Virus record (IMG/VR): IMGVR_UViG_3300043432_000071
Location: 1-41,379 of that record
Reading direction: 5' to 3' (one strand)
Origin: a virus
Taxonomy: Duplodnaviria > Caudoviricetes
DNA length: 41,379 nt
Part shown: positions 1-8,407 of the stretch, piece by piece
Layout: every line of letters begins with the position of its first letter
Numbering within the stretch: position 1 is the first letter of the stretch
Position numbers and translations under genes: made by a program
Notes under the pieces: generated by a model
What the model was told of the DNA's origin: nothing
The model's database searches: none
The model's input: the letters and a program-made list of their open reading frames with translations, nothing else

Positions 1-161
1 CTCGCCGCCCAACTCGCCTCACTCGCCGCACTCGCCGCACTCGCCGCACTCGCCGCACTCGCCTCAATCGCCGCACTCGCCGCCGCACTCGCCGCCCAAC
101 TCGCCTCACTCGCCGCACTCGCCGCCCTCGCCGCCCAACTCGCCTCACTCGCCGCCCAACT
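1..161. repeat. In-frame 9/12-bp modular tandem repeat array (version A)
   Basis: Units cgccgcact, cgcctcact, cgccgccct, cgcctcaat, cgccgcccaact; 16 complete units parsed. Confidence 0.95.
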
Positions 162-530
162 CGATTCGTCGCCAGTCAACAGGTAATCGAACACTACGTC
201 TGGCGGCTCCCACAAATGCGCAACTGATAGCGCCTGCATTCGCGCAAAATAACGTAAACCCTCGGTGGCATCCAAGCGCACGACAATTTTGCGCCGGGAG
301 CAAACTAACTTATCAGAACCCTCCTTGATCTTCCCCGCACACTCCACTCGGCACAAGATCGGCCCTGGAGCATAGCGCAGGGCGTCGAACGGGTCGCGGC
401 TGGCGTGCAAGCCGGATACGCACATTACCAGCGGCCCCTTCCATTCCAGCCATTCACCGTCGCGCGGCACGGGATCGCCGTTGCGGAGCTTGTCGCCTAC
501 AAAATGCCATGCCAGGATTGAGTCGGTCAT
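1..530 (-). CDS. Phage protein with conserved N-terminal domain (DUF7666-like) and C-terminal Ala-rich repeat tract; runs off the left end and continues at 41088-41379
   Basis: Hand translation from ATG at 530 (SD AGGAG; ATGA overlap with upstream gene): MTDSILAWHFVGDKLRNGDPVPRDGEWLEWKGPLVMCVSGLHASRDPFDALRYAPGP...PDVVFDYLLTGDESSWAASEA... Not in ORF track because it has no stop in this part of the window. Confidence 0.85.
   Translation of the reverse strand, partial: MTDSILAWHFVGDKLRNGDPVPRDGEWLEWKGPLVMCVSGLHASRDPFDALRYAPGPILCRVECAGKIKEGSDKLVCSRRKIVVRLDATEGLRYFARMQALSVAHLWEPPDVVFDYLLTGDESSWAASEASWAARAASAASEASWAASAAASAAIEASAASAASAASAASEASWAA
146..201. repeat. 56-bp terminal overlap identical to 41324-41379 (circular or permuted genome junction)
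   Basis: Exact match cactcgccgcccaactcgattcgtcgccagtcaacaggtaatcgaacactacgtct; first mismatch at 145 vs 41323. Confidence 0.9.
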
Positions 531-715
531 GTGTTCTCCTTAATGATTCTCAACTCAATTATTTCCCGCTCCGGGTCGATATACTTATTGTGGCCGATCA
601 ATCGGCTCACAAGTGCGGCCACGGTTTCGCCTTCTAGCAAGTCGTAAACAATGAGCGCGTCAGCGGCATGGTCGCCGCGAAAATCCACAGTTCGCAGCAT
701 GATTGATGTTTTCAT
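527..715 (-). CDS. Hypothetical protein (MKTSIMLRTVDF...)
   Basis: ORF track 527..796; start moved to ATG at 715 (AAGGA SD, ATGA coupling). Confidence 0.7.
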   Translation of the reverse strand: MKTSIMLRTVDFRGDHAADALIVYDLLEGETVAALVSRLIGHNKYIDPEREIIELRIIKENT

Positions 716-885
716 GTGCATTTCCTTTTCCAGCCGAGTTTTTGCCGTTCCTTTAATTCGGCTTCCTCGTCGCATCGTGGACAGACCCACGCCCACCGCC
801 AGGTATCTGCGTGCAGCCCGTCCTCATGCTCGGCAACAAGCCTATCCACCATCGCTTCTTCGCCTTGGGGTGCCGGCCAGCTCAT
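712..885 (-). CDS. 57-aa hypothetical protein with HxD/CPRC putative Zn site
   Basis: Hand translation MSWPAPQGEEAMVDRLVAEHEDGLHADTWRWAWVCPRCDEEAELKERQKLGWKRKCT; ATGA overlaps on both sides. Confidence 0.7.
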   Translation of the reverse strand: MSWPAPQGEEAMVDRLVAEHEDGLHADTWRWAWVCPRCDEEAELKERQKLGWKRKCT

Positions 886-1061
886 CGCTTTTTGTACTCC
901 CGCAAAACGTATCTAGCCACCGCCCGCCAACCCGCCAAGTGAGTAACGGGCATCGTTTGCCAGCGCATCTTTTTTGTGAAGATTGCTCCGCATCGTATCG
1001 TTTCGGCATACCCAACACGAAACAATTTTCGCGCAAGGTTTTCTTCGTTACTGAGCTTCAT
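882..1061 (-). CDS. Hypothetical basic protein (MKLSNEENLARK...)
   Basis: ORF track 882..1091, start at ATG 1061 with ATGA coupling. Confidence 0.65.
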   Translation of the reverse strand: MKLSNEENLARKLFRVGYAETIRCGAIFTKKMRWQTMPVTHLAGWRAVARYVLREYKKR

Positions 1062-1174
1062 AGAAGCCCCACCTTCAGCATCCATATCCATAACTCATAC
1101 ATCACCCACGAAATAAACGCGCCATAGGCTGTCCAGCAAATGACGAACAGCCAGTTAAAGGCTCTGTGAGTCAT
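1058..1174 (-). CDS. 38-aa single-TM membrane microprotein
   Basis: MTHRAFNWLFVICWTAYGAFISWVMYELWIWMLKVGLL; SD GAGAGG; ATGA coupling. Confidence 0.65.
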   Translation of the reverse strand: MTHRAFNWLFVICWTAYGAFISWVMYELWIWMLKVGLL

Positions 1175-1278
1175 TTTACCCTCTCGATGATTTTCAAATA
1201 CAGCCGTTCTTTCTCTGTAAGGTTATAAAGTTCACGCGGGTAGAACCAACGCCATAGACGGATGACTAATTTTTTCAT
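1171..1278 (-). CDS. 35-aa hypothetical microprotein
   Basis: MKKLVIRLWRWFYPRELYNLTEKERLYLKIIERVK; SD GGAGG; ATGA coupling. Confidence 0.65.
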   Translation of the reverse strand: MKKLVIRLWRWFYPRELYNLTEKERLYLKIIERVK

Positions 1279-1535
1279 GCTACCTCCCGCTGACGAAATT
1301 CGGCCAACCAATACCTATAAATGCGGCTACCGTTCAGCATACAACTATACTCGCACACAACATTACAATCGTTTTTTCTGAGGTGACTTACCCAGGTCGC
1401 CACATTTTGCACCGCAGCATTGGCGCTAATCTCCAAAGTCGTTGCACCGCTGGCACCCACGAACTGCAAATAGCGCCAGATACGTTGTTGCGCGGGGCTG
1501 TTGTGCAGCTTGGAAGCGTGGAACCCATGCTTCAT
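1275..1535 (-). CDS. Winged helix-turn-helix DNA-binding protein
   Basis: QRIWRYLQ...TTLEISANAAVQNVATWVSHLRK...IYRYWL pattern of phage wHTH proteins. Confidence 0.7.
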   Translation of the reverse strand: MKHGFHASKLHNSPAQQRIWRYLQFVGASGATTLEISANAAVQNVATWVSHLRKNDCNVVCEYSCMLNGSRIYRYWLAEFRQREVA

Positions 1536-1723
1536 GCCTTCACCTTGGTTTGCCTCGCTTGCTCAAACTTCACCAAGCGACGAAGCATGTTCTGAAACAC
1601 GCGGCTAGGCTTTTGACCGGCAAGCCAGTTCTCAACGGCCTGATCCGAGCAGCCAAGTCGCCACATGATCCACGCCTTGTCGCGACCGTATTGCTCGATT
1701 AAGAGCTTGGTTAAATTGTCCAT
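1532..1723 (-). CDS. Cro/XRE-like HTH regulator
   Basis: IMWRLGCSDQAVENWLAGQKPS HTH motif; first gene after promoter; start MDNLTK at 1723. Confidence 0.7.
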   Translation of the reverse strand: MDNLTKLLIEQYGRDKAWIMWRLGCSDQAVENWLAGQKPSRVFQNMLRRLVKFEQARQTKVKA

Positions 1724-1780
1724 AAACCCCTTGTACAACATTTTACAAGGGTTTGTCAATAAGTTTTTTATTTATTTTTT
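1724..1780 (-). promoter_or_regulatory. Sigma70-type promoter with overlapping inverted-repeat operator
   Basis: Minus strand TTGACA (1754-1759), 18 nt spacer, TACAAG (1730-1735); A-tract UP element; inverted repeat AAACCCCTTGTA...TACAAGGGTTT (1724-1754). Confidence 0.65.
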
Positions 1781-1941
1781 GGCGGGGCTAAATTAGCGGT
1801 AGGTTGGTCGGACTGAGGCTGATGCTCCGGGCAGTCCTCACAGAATTGACGGCACCCAGGACACCAATAGCCGTATTCCCCTGTGTCGTCTCGAATTTGG
1901 CGGATAGTCCAGATGCCCGGATGCTTCTTGCATTCCGCCAT
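1768..1941 (-). CDS. Small Cys/His Zn-finger protein
   Basis: MAECKKH...CPGC..CEDC; SD GGAGG upstream of 1941. Confidence 0.55.
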   Translation of the reverse strand: MAECKKHPGIWTIRQIRDDTGEYGYWCPGCRQFCEDCPEHQPQSDQPTANLAPPKNK

Positions 1942-1958
1942 GCCGGGTCGCCTCCATC

Positions 1959-2378
1959 CTAATCCCATACCCCAAATTCGATGGCTCCGGCTAGATCATC
2001 CACCCGGCTTTTCTGCACCTGCTTGGCCCATTGCGAGTCAAGCAGCTCATTGGCGGCGAGTTTCCAGTCTTGCTTTTCGACGGCGGCGAGCATATCGTGG
2101 AACCCCTTTAGGCCGTCGATACCGAGATTAAAGGCGAGATTTACGATAGCATCCTGGCGGGTAACGTCTAGGCTATCGAACCAGTCAAACGACTGGCGAC
2201 ATTGGGCCGTCGCACGTTCAATATCGTTGGTGAGCATCAAGCCGGCTTCTCTCTCGGAGATCCCCACGTCTGTAAGGTTCCGGCCCCAACCAACCGTCAG
2301 TTTACCAACGGTGTCGGTGTAGGGCTTTAGCCGCAAACCCTCATGCTCTTTCAGCTTGACCAGGCCATCTAGTGTCAT
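1959..2378 (-). CDS. Endolysin, T4-type (GH24) lysozyme
   Basis: HEGLRLKPYTDTVGKLTVGWG catalytic E-x8-D-x5-T motif; NLAFNLG; SQWAKQV. Confidence 0.95.
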   Translation of the reverse strand: MTLDGLVKLKEHEGLRLKPYTDTVGKLTVGWGRNLTDVGISEREAGLMLTNDIERATAQCRQSFDWFDSLDVTRQDAIVNLAFNLGIDGLKGFHDMLAAVEKQDWKLAANELLDSQWAKQVQKSRVDDLAGAIEFGVWD

Positions 2379-2448
2379 AACGGCTCAATTAAAAGCCCGA
2401 CAATTCCGGCTCAAAGATTATCTCCTGGTTGTTGACTACTATTGTTGG

Positions 2449-2883
2449 TCAATTTATGCTTTGAGGCACCGTTACAGCAAAGCCAGGCGGTATCTCGCCT
2501 CGTCGTTCGACTGGCATATTGCTTGACAGCTTTGGAGCCGTAACCGTCGATGGCGGTGCGGTAGCCGCTCCCGCCGCTGCCATTTTGAGCAACGGTGCAA
2601 GCTGCGCCATTAAGTCCGTCAACATTTTAGTCATACTCGCCAGCGCATTGCTCGCCGCTGCTATCGCAGCTTCCGGCGTAGTGGCCGTAGTCTCTAGTTC
2701 AGCCACGGTTCGGCCATTAGCCTGCTCGGTGATTTTCACTTTCATATTCTCTTGGTTCTTGCAAGATTTATACGCCCACGTTCCGTCTTTGTTGAACGAC
2801 GCTTCGGTGGTGCAGGCAAAAAACGACGCGCCGCACCCGCTAAGAAATAAACAAGCCAACAAACCAACAAATAGAGTTTTCAT
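2449..2883 (-). CDS. Lipoprotein (possible spanin component)
   Basis: MKTLFVGLLACLFLSGC lipobox; located in lysis region. Confidence 0.75.
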   Translation of the reverse strand: MKTLFVGLLACLFLSGCGASFFACTTEASFNKDGTWAYKSCKNQENMKVKITEQANGRTVAELETTATTPEAAIAAASNALASMTKMLTDLMAQLAPLLKMAAAGAATAPPSTVTAPKLSSNMPVERRGEIPPGFAVTVPQSIN

Positions 2884-3143
2884 GCTGCCTCCATCACTCG
2901 TTCGTAAGTCGCCTCGAAAATATCCGGTTTGCACGGATAGAGTTCGCCCTTAACGCCGCGAATGATCCAATCGCCCGGATTTGCGACCATCGTACCCTCA
3001 AGCGTTTTAATCTCGACGCCGCCCATGCCGCCATTGATTAGGATTACTGCGTCACTCTCCATTGCTTGCCTGAACCACTCTGGCGGATTCTCAAAATTTG
3101 GTCTGAACGCATCTATCACTACCGGCTTTTTGCGAAACTTCAT
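2880..3143 (-). CDS. Conserved phage protein (PGDYG-like family)
   Basis: KFRKKPVVIDA...TLEGTM.A.PGDWIIRGVKGELYPCKPDIFEATYE signature. Confidence 0.85.
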   Translation of the reverse strand: MKFRKKPVVIDAFRPNFENPPEWFRQAMESDAVILINGGMGGVEIKTLEGTMVANPGDWIIRGVKGELYPCKPDIFEATYERVMEAA

Positions 3144-3315
3144 TTCTCCCCCTTTTTCGCATTTCCCAACCTACTCGTTGACATTCCCAACAAGGCTCAA
3201 AATGACCAGCACCCAGATTTAATACCGCTACTTTAATTCCACAAACAGCACAGGGCATATTGTGAATTGCCCAAGGTCCACCATCAGTAATGATTGTTGG
3301 CTTTAACAATTTCAT
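3091..3315 (-). CDS. Small CxxC-CxxC Zn-finger protein
   Basis: CAVC...CWEC; TAATG coupling to upstream gene. Confidence 0.6.
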   Translation of the reverse strand: MKLLKPTIITDGGPWAIHNMPCAVCGIKVAVLNLGAGHFEPCWECQRVGWEMRKRGRNEVSQKAGSDRCVQTKF

Positions 3316-3506
3316 TACTTATTTTCCTGCCAAAAAAAATGCCCCATCAGCACGCCAAACGCGAACGGCAAAATGGGATATCCCTTGGCAATACGCCAAA
3401 TGATTTCACTGATTGTGTCGCCGTCCATCGGCGTGAGTAGCGCATAGAGTTCGTAAGCGCCTACGAGTAGGCAGACAGCCAAGAGCAGAATCGGACGCGG
3501 TTTCAT
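3315..3506 (-). CDS. Two-TM membrane protein, holin-like
   Basis: MKPRPILLLAVCLLVGAYELYALL...GDTISE...PILPFAFGVLMGHFFW; start at 3506 by ATGA overlap. Confidence 0.7.
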   Translation of the reverse strand: MKPRPILLLAVCLLVGAYELYALLTPMDGDTISEIIWRIAKGYPILPFAFGVLMGHFFWQENK

Positions 3507-3673
3507 TCTGTTTCCGGCACGAACCATGACGTAACGAACGTCAAGACCGTGGTAATCGAGCTTGCTACTTCGCCGGGCAAATCCTGATGCACATAGGTTT
3601 TGATTGCCCAAACGAGAATCACTGAAACTGCACCCGCTAAAACTCCGGCTGTTACCTTGCGTGATGGAACCAT
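3503..3673 (-). CDS. Holin, 56 aa, two TM segments
   Basis: Hand translation MVPSRKVTAGVLAGAVSVILVWAIKTYVHQDLPGEVASSITTVLTFVTSWFVPETE; SD GGAGG; below ORF-track cutoff. Confidence 0.75.
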   Translation of the reverse strand: MVPSRKVTAGVLAGAVSVILVWAIKTYVHQDLPGEVASSITTVLTFVTSWFVPETE

Positions 3674-3674
3674 A

Positions 3675-3935
3675 TTACTTCCCTCCTTGTCTTAAAACGT
3701 CAATGCACCTTTTGTCGATTGTATCCACCTTCCCCCAAATCGCCTCATGCTCTTTTGCAACATCTTTTTTCAAGTCGCGCAACTCACCTTCAAGATGCCG
3801 GTCGCCAAGTTCAAGTTCGTGGACTTTACCGTTGAGCTTCGCTAAGTGTACGGCGATGTCGATAATTCCCTTTACTCCTATGCCGAGAACTAAAAGAATA
3901 ATCCCCTGTAATCCTATGACGATCTCAGATGTCAT
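3675..3935 (-). CDS. N-terminal TM plus coiled-coil lysis-region protein
   Basis: Hydrophobic N-terminus followed by heptad-rich segment; first gene of lysis block. Confidence 0.7.
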   Translation of the reverse strand: MTSEIVIGLQGIILLVLGIGVKGIIDIAVHLAKLNGKVHELELGDRHLEGELRDLKKDVAKEHEAIWGKVDTIDKRCIDVLRQGGK

Positions 3936-3943
3936 CCCTCACC

Positions 3944-6424
3944 TCACTGACACACCCCAAGTTTAAGCGTCACTCCCGAGCCGAGGGTCAGCGTACCGCT
4001 CACTGTCCCGATACAAGGCGTACCCGCTGCCGGAGCAGCCGCCAGATTGCCGCCCCCGACATTTATCAGTTGTTCCGTTGCGCCAGACGTAGAGACATGC
4101 CGCAGGCCGATATACCCGGGCACGAGGTTTGCGCTAGTATCTCCTGACATGATTGCCGTGCCGTTGAGGTAGCAAGTCGCCGTTGCTCCTACCACGCGAA
4201 TCCCTACCTGATCGCCGGCGGTAAATTCGCCGCCAATACTCGTATCAACGCCTACTTGTACCGTCGCACCATTTGTCCGCTCCCAAAGTTGCATCACGTC
4301 ATTGGCCGAGTCGATAGGGCGGGCTGTGCATTCAAGCCGGTCCAAATTCGCCGGATTAAATCTAGCGAACACGCCAAATCCAGAATGGTCATTCACGCTC
4401 ATGGTCGAGATTTCGGCATAGGCTTCTTGGTCGGTGTCAAACTGAGTTGCGTTCCAATAGCTCATGTGAGTGCCCGACGCGGCATTGGGCACGATCTTAT
4501 TGCTGACGATCTTATGGCCAGTTCCTACTATAGTTGTCCAGTTCGCAGATGGCGGTGGTCCCTCATTTGCCCGCGTGCCAGTGTCAACCGGGGTGCCGTT
4601 ATACGGGAAACTGGCCCCCGGAGGGGTAGGAGTTACATAAGCAACCGTAACAGACTTATTCGCGCTCATCGTTAAATTGCAGGTTAAGCCACTCACCGAA
4701 TCACACCCCGTAAAGCCGTCGAATGTCTGCCCGTCCGTCCACGCACTCGGAGCGGTCAGCGCAACCGCAGTATTATTTAGGTAAGTATGAACGAATGGTG
4801 TTTCACTGTTACCCAGGCCGTTATAATCGGCTGGCGATACTGCTATGGTGATACCCCCATTTGGATTGGTGCTTGCCACGGTTAGAGTGCGAAGCGTAAT
4901 TCCAGGCGTTGTATAAGCCGCCGTCACCGTCTTATCCGCGCCCATCGTCACGCTGCAAGTCCGATTGCCCGTGCCGCCAACCGTTGTGCAGCCCGACCAC
5001 GAGGCGAAATCATTGCCACCGCAAGTCGCCGGAGCCGTGAGATCCACGCTGCTCGCGTCATTGTACGACCGCGCAAACGGCGTAGTGCCGTTACCGTTGC
5101 CGTTAAGATCGCTAGTGACGCCAGTTATCGCGCAAGCCGTGGGGTTTGTAGTAGCGACTGATAAGGTTCTTGGGGTTGGAGGCGGTGATGGCGCGTTCAC
5201 ATTAAAAACGTGAATTATGGGGTGAGCGCCGTCCGCGTATTTCTGCACAACATAGATTTTTTGGTGAGCTGAATCGTAAGCAACCCCACCAATGCCCGTA
5301 CTAGAGGCAACCGTGGGGAACGTAATGACCCAAGTTCCGTATGGCCTAACATCGTAGGGTAATTTCGTGCCCGCTTTTACAGCGGCAGCATCGTCCACGT
5401 TGTAGGCGTAAATCTGGTATCTATACGGATAGGCGTGACCGCCTTTAGCTTGACCTTCGAGATCGTAGCACCAAGGTTCGCCGGTGGGCGACGGCGTGAA
5501 AGCTAAAGCCGGGTCGGTTGTTCCTGGTCCATAGCACCACGGTCCCGTGCCGTGGCGTCCAAAGAACAACATGCTTTTAGTTCCAGTTGGGAATACCCAT
5601 CCACCGGGTTCCGTTGACCCGTTGTAAAAATTGTTGGTAGTTGCCCATCCGGTTATAGGGTGTGTCTGGCTGGCAAAAAAGAGAGTCGTTGTAGGTAGCG
5701 GAATGGTGCTGCCCAGGTTTGCCAGATTCATTGTGAGCGCTGCTGGCCCCCATGAGGTGCGTGACGCAATCCCAACGCAGCACAAGCCGGTCATGTGCGT
5801 GCCGCCGAGCGCCGATTGATACGCGGATGGCACAGGAATAATTGAGCCGGAAGTAAAGCCTGCCGCCGACCCGCAGCAAGACCCGGTATCAAAAGGTGGA
5901 GTTCCGACCTGATAGGGACCGAGAAGCCCCGAAGTCGTGAGTGTCCTGGTGGACTTGAAGTAATTAAGTTGTTGGCTACCGTCCGCGTCATAGTAGAAAA
6001 AGAAGTTGACGTAAAGTGTCGAGCCTTCAACTAGCAAGCCATTCACGTTTACCGTACCAGCCGGAGGCGTATTCTTGGCCGTGCCGCTTATCGCTCCAAC
6101 AACATCAACGAAGTTTTGGAGCATGGTGGCCGTGTTCATAGACGCTGGATTGCTGGTATTCACCGGAGTCGCGAGACTAAATTCGCCAATCTGTTGTTGG
6201 TGATCGTGACCGACCATGAACAGAGAACCAGCGCCGCCGTTCCCGGCAGGATCGAAAGTCATCTGACAGGTCTTGCACCATTCAAACGTGGAACTGCCAT
6301 GCTGGCCCTGCGGCACGCGAAACCCGCCTTGATATACGAGGTCTTGTAATTGTAAAAGTTCGGCGGCGTAGGCCGGCAGGTAGGCACAGAGCAGAAAAAC
6401 GATAGTGAGTAGGAGCTTTTTCAC
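3944..6424 (-). CDS. Signal-peptide-bearing multidomain adhesin/receptor-binding protein (large beta-rich domain, two divergent InlB B-repeat-like domains, lectin-like C-terminus)
   Basis: GTG start 6424: MKKLLLTIVFLLCAYLPAYA|AE; two repeats RTLSVATTNP...VDLTAP...FASWSGC...TCSVTMGADKTVTAAY and RTLTVASTNP...VALTAP...FDGFTGC...TCNLTMSANKSVTVAY. Confidence 0.75.
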   Translation of the reverse strand: MKKLLLTIVFLLCAYLPAYAAELLQLQDLVYQGGFRVPQGQHGSSTFEWCKTCQMTFDPAGNGGAGSLFMVGHDHQQQIGEFSLATPVNTSNPASMNTATMLQNFVDVVGAISGTAKNTPPAGTVNVNGLLVEGSTLYVNFFFYYDADGSQQLNYFKSTRTLTTSGLLGPYQVGTPPFDTGSCCGSAAGFTSGSIIPVPSAYQSALGGTHMTGLCCVGIASRTSWGPAALTMNLANLGSTIPLPTTTLFFASQTHPITGWATTNNFYNGSTEPGGWVFPTGTKSMLFFGRHGTGPWCYGPGTTDPALAFTPSPTGEPWCYDLEGQAKGGHAYPYRYQIYAYNVDDAAAVKAGTKLPYDVRPYGTWVITFPTVASSTGIGGVAYDSAHQKIYVVQKYADGAHPIIHVFNVNAPSPPPTPRTLSVATTNPTACAITGVTSDLNGNGNGTTPFARSYNDASSVDLTAPATCGGNDFASWSGCTTVGGTGNRTCSVTMGADKTVTAAYTTPGITLRTLTVASTNPNGGITIAVSPADYNGLGNSETPFVHTYLNNTAVALTAPSAWTDGQTFDGFTGCDSVSGLTCNLTMSANKSVTVAYVTPTPPGASFPYNGTPVDTGTRANEGPPPSANWTTIVGTGHKIVSNKIVPNAASGTHMSYWNATQFDTDQEAYAEISTMSVNDHSGFGVFARFNPANLDRLECTARPIDSANDVMQLWERTNGATVQVGVDTSIGGEFTAGDQVGIRVVGATATCYLNGTAIMSGDTSANLVPGYIGLRHVSTSGATEQLINVGGGNLAAAPAAGTPCIGTVSGTLTLGSGVTLKLGVCQ

Positions 6425-6425
6425 A

Positions 6426-7496
6426 TTATGGGTTTCCCACGGCAAATTGTACGTTGATGGCAACTTGATCGGTAACAATGAGAGCTATCTTAGGGAGTAG
6501 GTCTATATTGTCAGTCCAGCCGCCAGCGCCGTTGTCGATTGTTTCGTGCATTCTACCGCCGCCCGGACTACAATCGGTCAGGTCCGTACTCGTCGCAAAA
6601 TCTTCTATTTGATAATACCCCGGACAAGTAAGCGTTGTCGCGCCCGCCGAAAGCGTAACGCGATAGATCGTATCTTTTAGCAGCGTAAAAGGCGCGAACA
6701 TCACGCATCCTGCGTCTTTTTCTCCTGTCGATAGTGTCTTAGCGAAACCAGTAGTGCCACCAGGAGCTGTTGCCCCGCTATAAATTCGGAAAGTAGTAGC
6801 CAAATTGCCGACTACATTATAGATGGCTCCTATAACAACTAGCTTTTCCGTCAACCCAACAATTTTTAGACCGCGTTCTAATGCGCTACTTCCATGAGCG
6901 GCGTTTGTTGTGTATGGCGCACCGATAATTGTGCCATCTGCAAACTTTAATACTGACGAGCCAGCCGAAGTTTGACTTGATCCGGCAGTAGTAAACCCAT
7001 CGGCGGTGGTGTAGCCTGTAATAGTTCGCGCAGATGCAGTATCACCGGCATAATTTGCAAATCCTCCCTTAACGACAACCGTTGCGGTGTTGCCAGTAGT
7101 CCATCCCGCATCACCTATAACAATCCAGTATTCATTGCCTTGGACGCAACTATAGGGAGTGCCGAAAGTGCATTTGATCCATTTATTCGCTGTCGTACCT
7201 GGCGAGACTGTTTGAGTCGCGTGTAAAGTAGTGCCCGGTTTATTAACCGTGCCGCTGATATTGTTGCGCAACTCAACGGTCGTAACCCCCGGTGTTCCTG
7301 CTGTAGCTGACACAAAAAAGTAAACGTCATTCAAATTACTTGAGACAGGGGAAATAAACCGATAACCCCAAGCAGCGCCAGAAGTGGCGTACACATAGAC
7401 AGAGCCTAGTGCCAACCCTGTTTTTGTTGGAACCAACAAGTCCATTGGTGGCAACAAAAGCGGCTTGTGAAATGGACGGTATAATGCGTTTGCCAT
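6426..7496 (-). CDS. Tail/virion beta-sandwich protein (choice-of-anchor-R-like)
   Basis: Thr/Gly-rich; TVELRNN...PGT...WIKCTF...YWIVI pattern; tail module context. Confidence 0.65.
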   Translation of the reverse strand: MANALYRPFHKPLLLPPMDLLVPTKTGLALGSVYVYATSGAAWGYRFISPVSSNLNDVYFFVSATAGTPGVTTVELRNNISGTVNKPGTTLHATQTVSPGTTANKWIKCTFGTPYSCVQGNEYWIVIGDAGWTTGNTATVVVKGGFANYAGDTASARTITGYTTADGFTTAGSSQTSAGSSVLKFADGTIIGAPYTTNAAHGSSALERGLKIVGLTEKLVVIGAIYNVVGNLATTFRIYSGATAPGGTTGFAKTLSTGEKDAGCVMFAPFTLLKDTIYRVTLSAGATTLTCPGYYQIEDFATSTDLTDCSPGGGRMHETIDNGAGGWTDNIDLLPKIALIVTDQVAINVQFAVGNP

Positions 7497-8401
7497 CAGA
7501 CTATCATCACTCCCGGTGCGGTGATCGTGCAGGTCTTGTTAAGCAGACCAGCCAAGTTATCAAAATTCGGGTCTGTTTCTTGCCACTTTTTGAGCACTCG
7601 GTTCAACGCCACTTCGAGCATTATCTGCTCATCGGGCATTGCGGCGAGGTTATCGAGTGCAGCCTGCTTGTTGGGATATTCAAGCGTGTATTGCTGCCCG
7701 GCAAAATTGACGGTTGCAACAATGGGGTTGGTACTGAGCGCTGTAATGGTTAAAATCTGGCTTGGGCCAACTGTCGTCAATATATCGTTGGAAAAGACAA
7801 GCATTGCCGGGCAAGCCGTCGTATCGGCTTGCTGCGGAAAATTTGCCGCGCCGGTAGCTAACGGATCACCGAACACCATCGTGAAATTATGGCCGTCCAC
7901 TCCCCCGCCCGCTGCCGGTGTTCCCGAAGCGCCAATCTCCAAAACGAGCCGCCAGTTTTGGGTCAATGTGATTGCCGATCCCGCGCGCGTTTGACAATAG
8001 CCCGTCGCTGAGGTTGCCATTTCAGCAAGTGCGGAGGAAAAATATGGGACAATATCGCCAAGATTGAGGGTTCCTGCTGTGTTGACGGCATAGAGTTTCC
8101 AGGCGGGAAAGAGATTGTTAGTCGCCTGGGCTTCCAGGCAAAGTAAACCAAGAGCGATTTGTTGAGCCGGAATAATCTGTGGTGGTAATATCTGCGAGAC
8201 AAATTGAGCCATCATCGCGCTTCCGGCCACTAAATGATCTGCGCCGTCGGGAGCGTAAACAAGATTCGTCAATGCCGTATTGCCACGGACAAAATTGAGC
8301 GGACGGCTTACGTTGTTGACGTGTAGTGTCCAGTTAGCCGGGTCGGGTGTCGGATTTACAGCCGCCGCGCCTGATGAGGGTAGGTAAAGAAGTGTTGCCA
8401 T
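7496..8401 (-). CDS. Tail-associated virion protein
   Basis: 301-aa ORF with SD GAGGTG, coupled to neighbours in the tail module. Confidence 0.7.
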   Translation of the reverse strand: MATLLYLPSSGAAAVNPTPDPANWTLHVNNVSRPLNFVRGNTALTNLVYAPDGADHLVAGSAMMAQFVSQILPPQIIPAQQIALGLLCLEAQATNNLFPAWKLYAVNTAGTLNLGDIVPYFSSALAEMATSATGYCQTRAGSAITLTQNWRLVLEIGASGTPAAGGGVDGHNFTMVFGDPLATGAANFPQQADTTACPAMLVFSNDILTTVGPSQILTITALSTNPIVATVNFAGQQYTLEYPNKQAALDNLAAMPDEQIMLEVALNRVLKKWQETDPNFDNLAGLLNKTCTITAPGVMIV

Positions 8402-8407
8402 GTCACC

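Noticed and set aside
1-201. Diversity-generating retroelement TR/VR pair
   Set aside because: No reverse transcriptase in the genome; the differences are unit reorderings, not adenine-specific substitutions.
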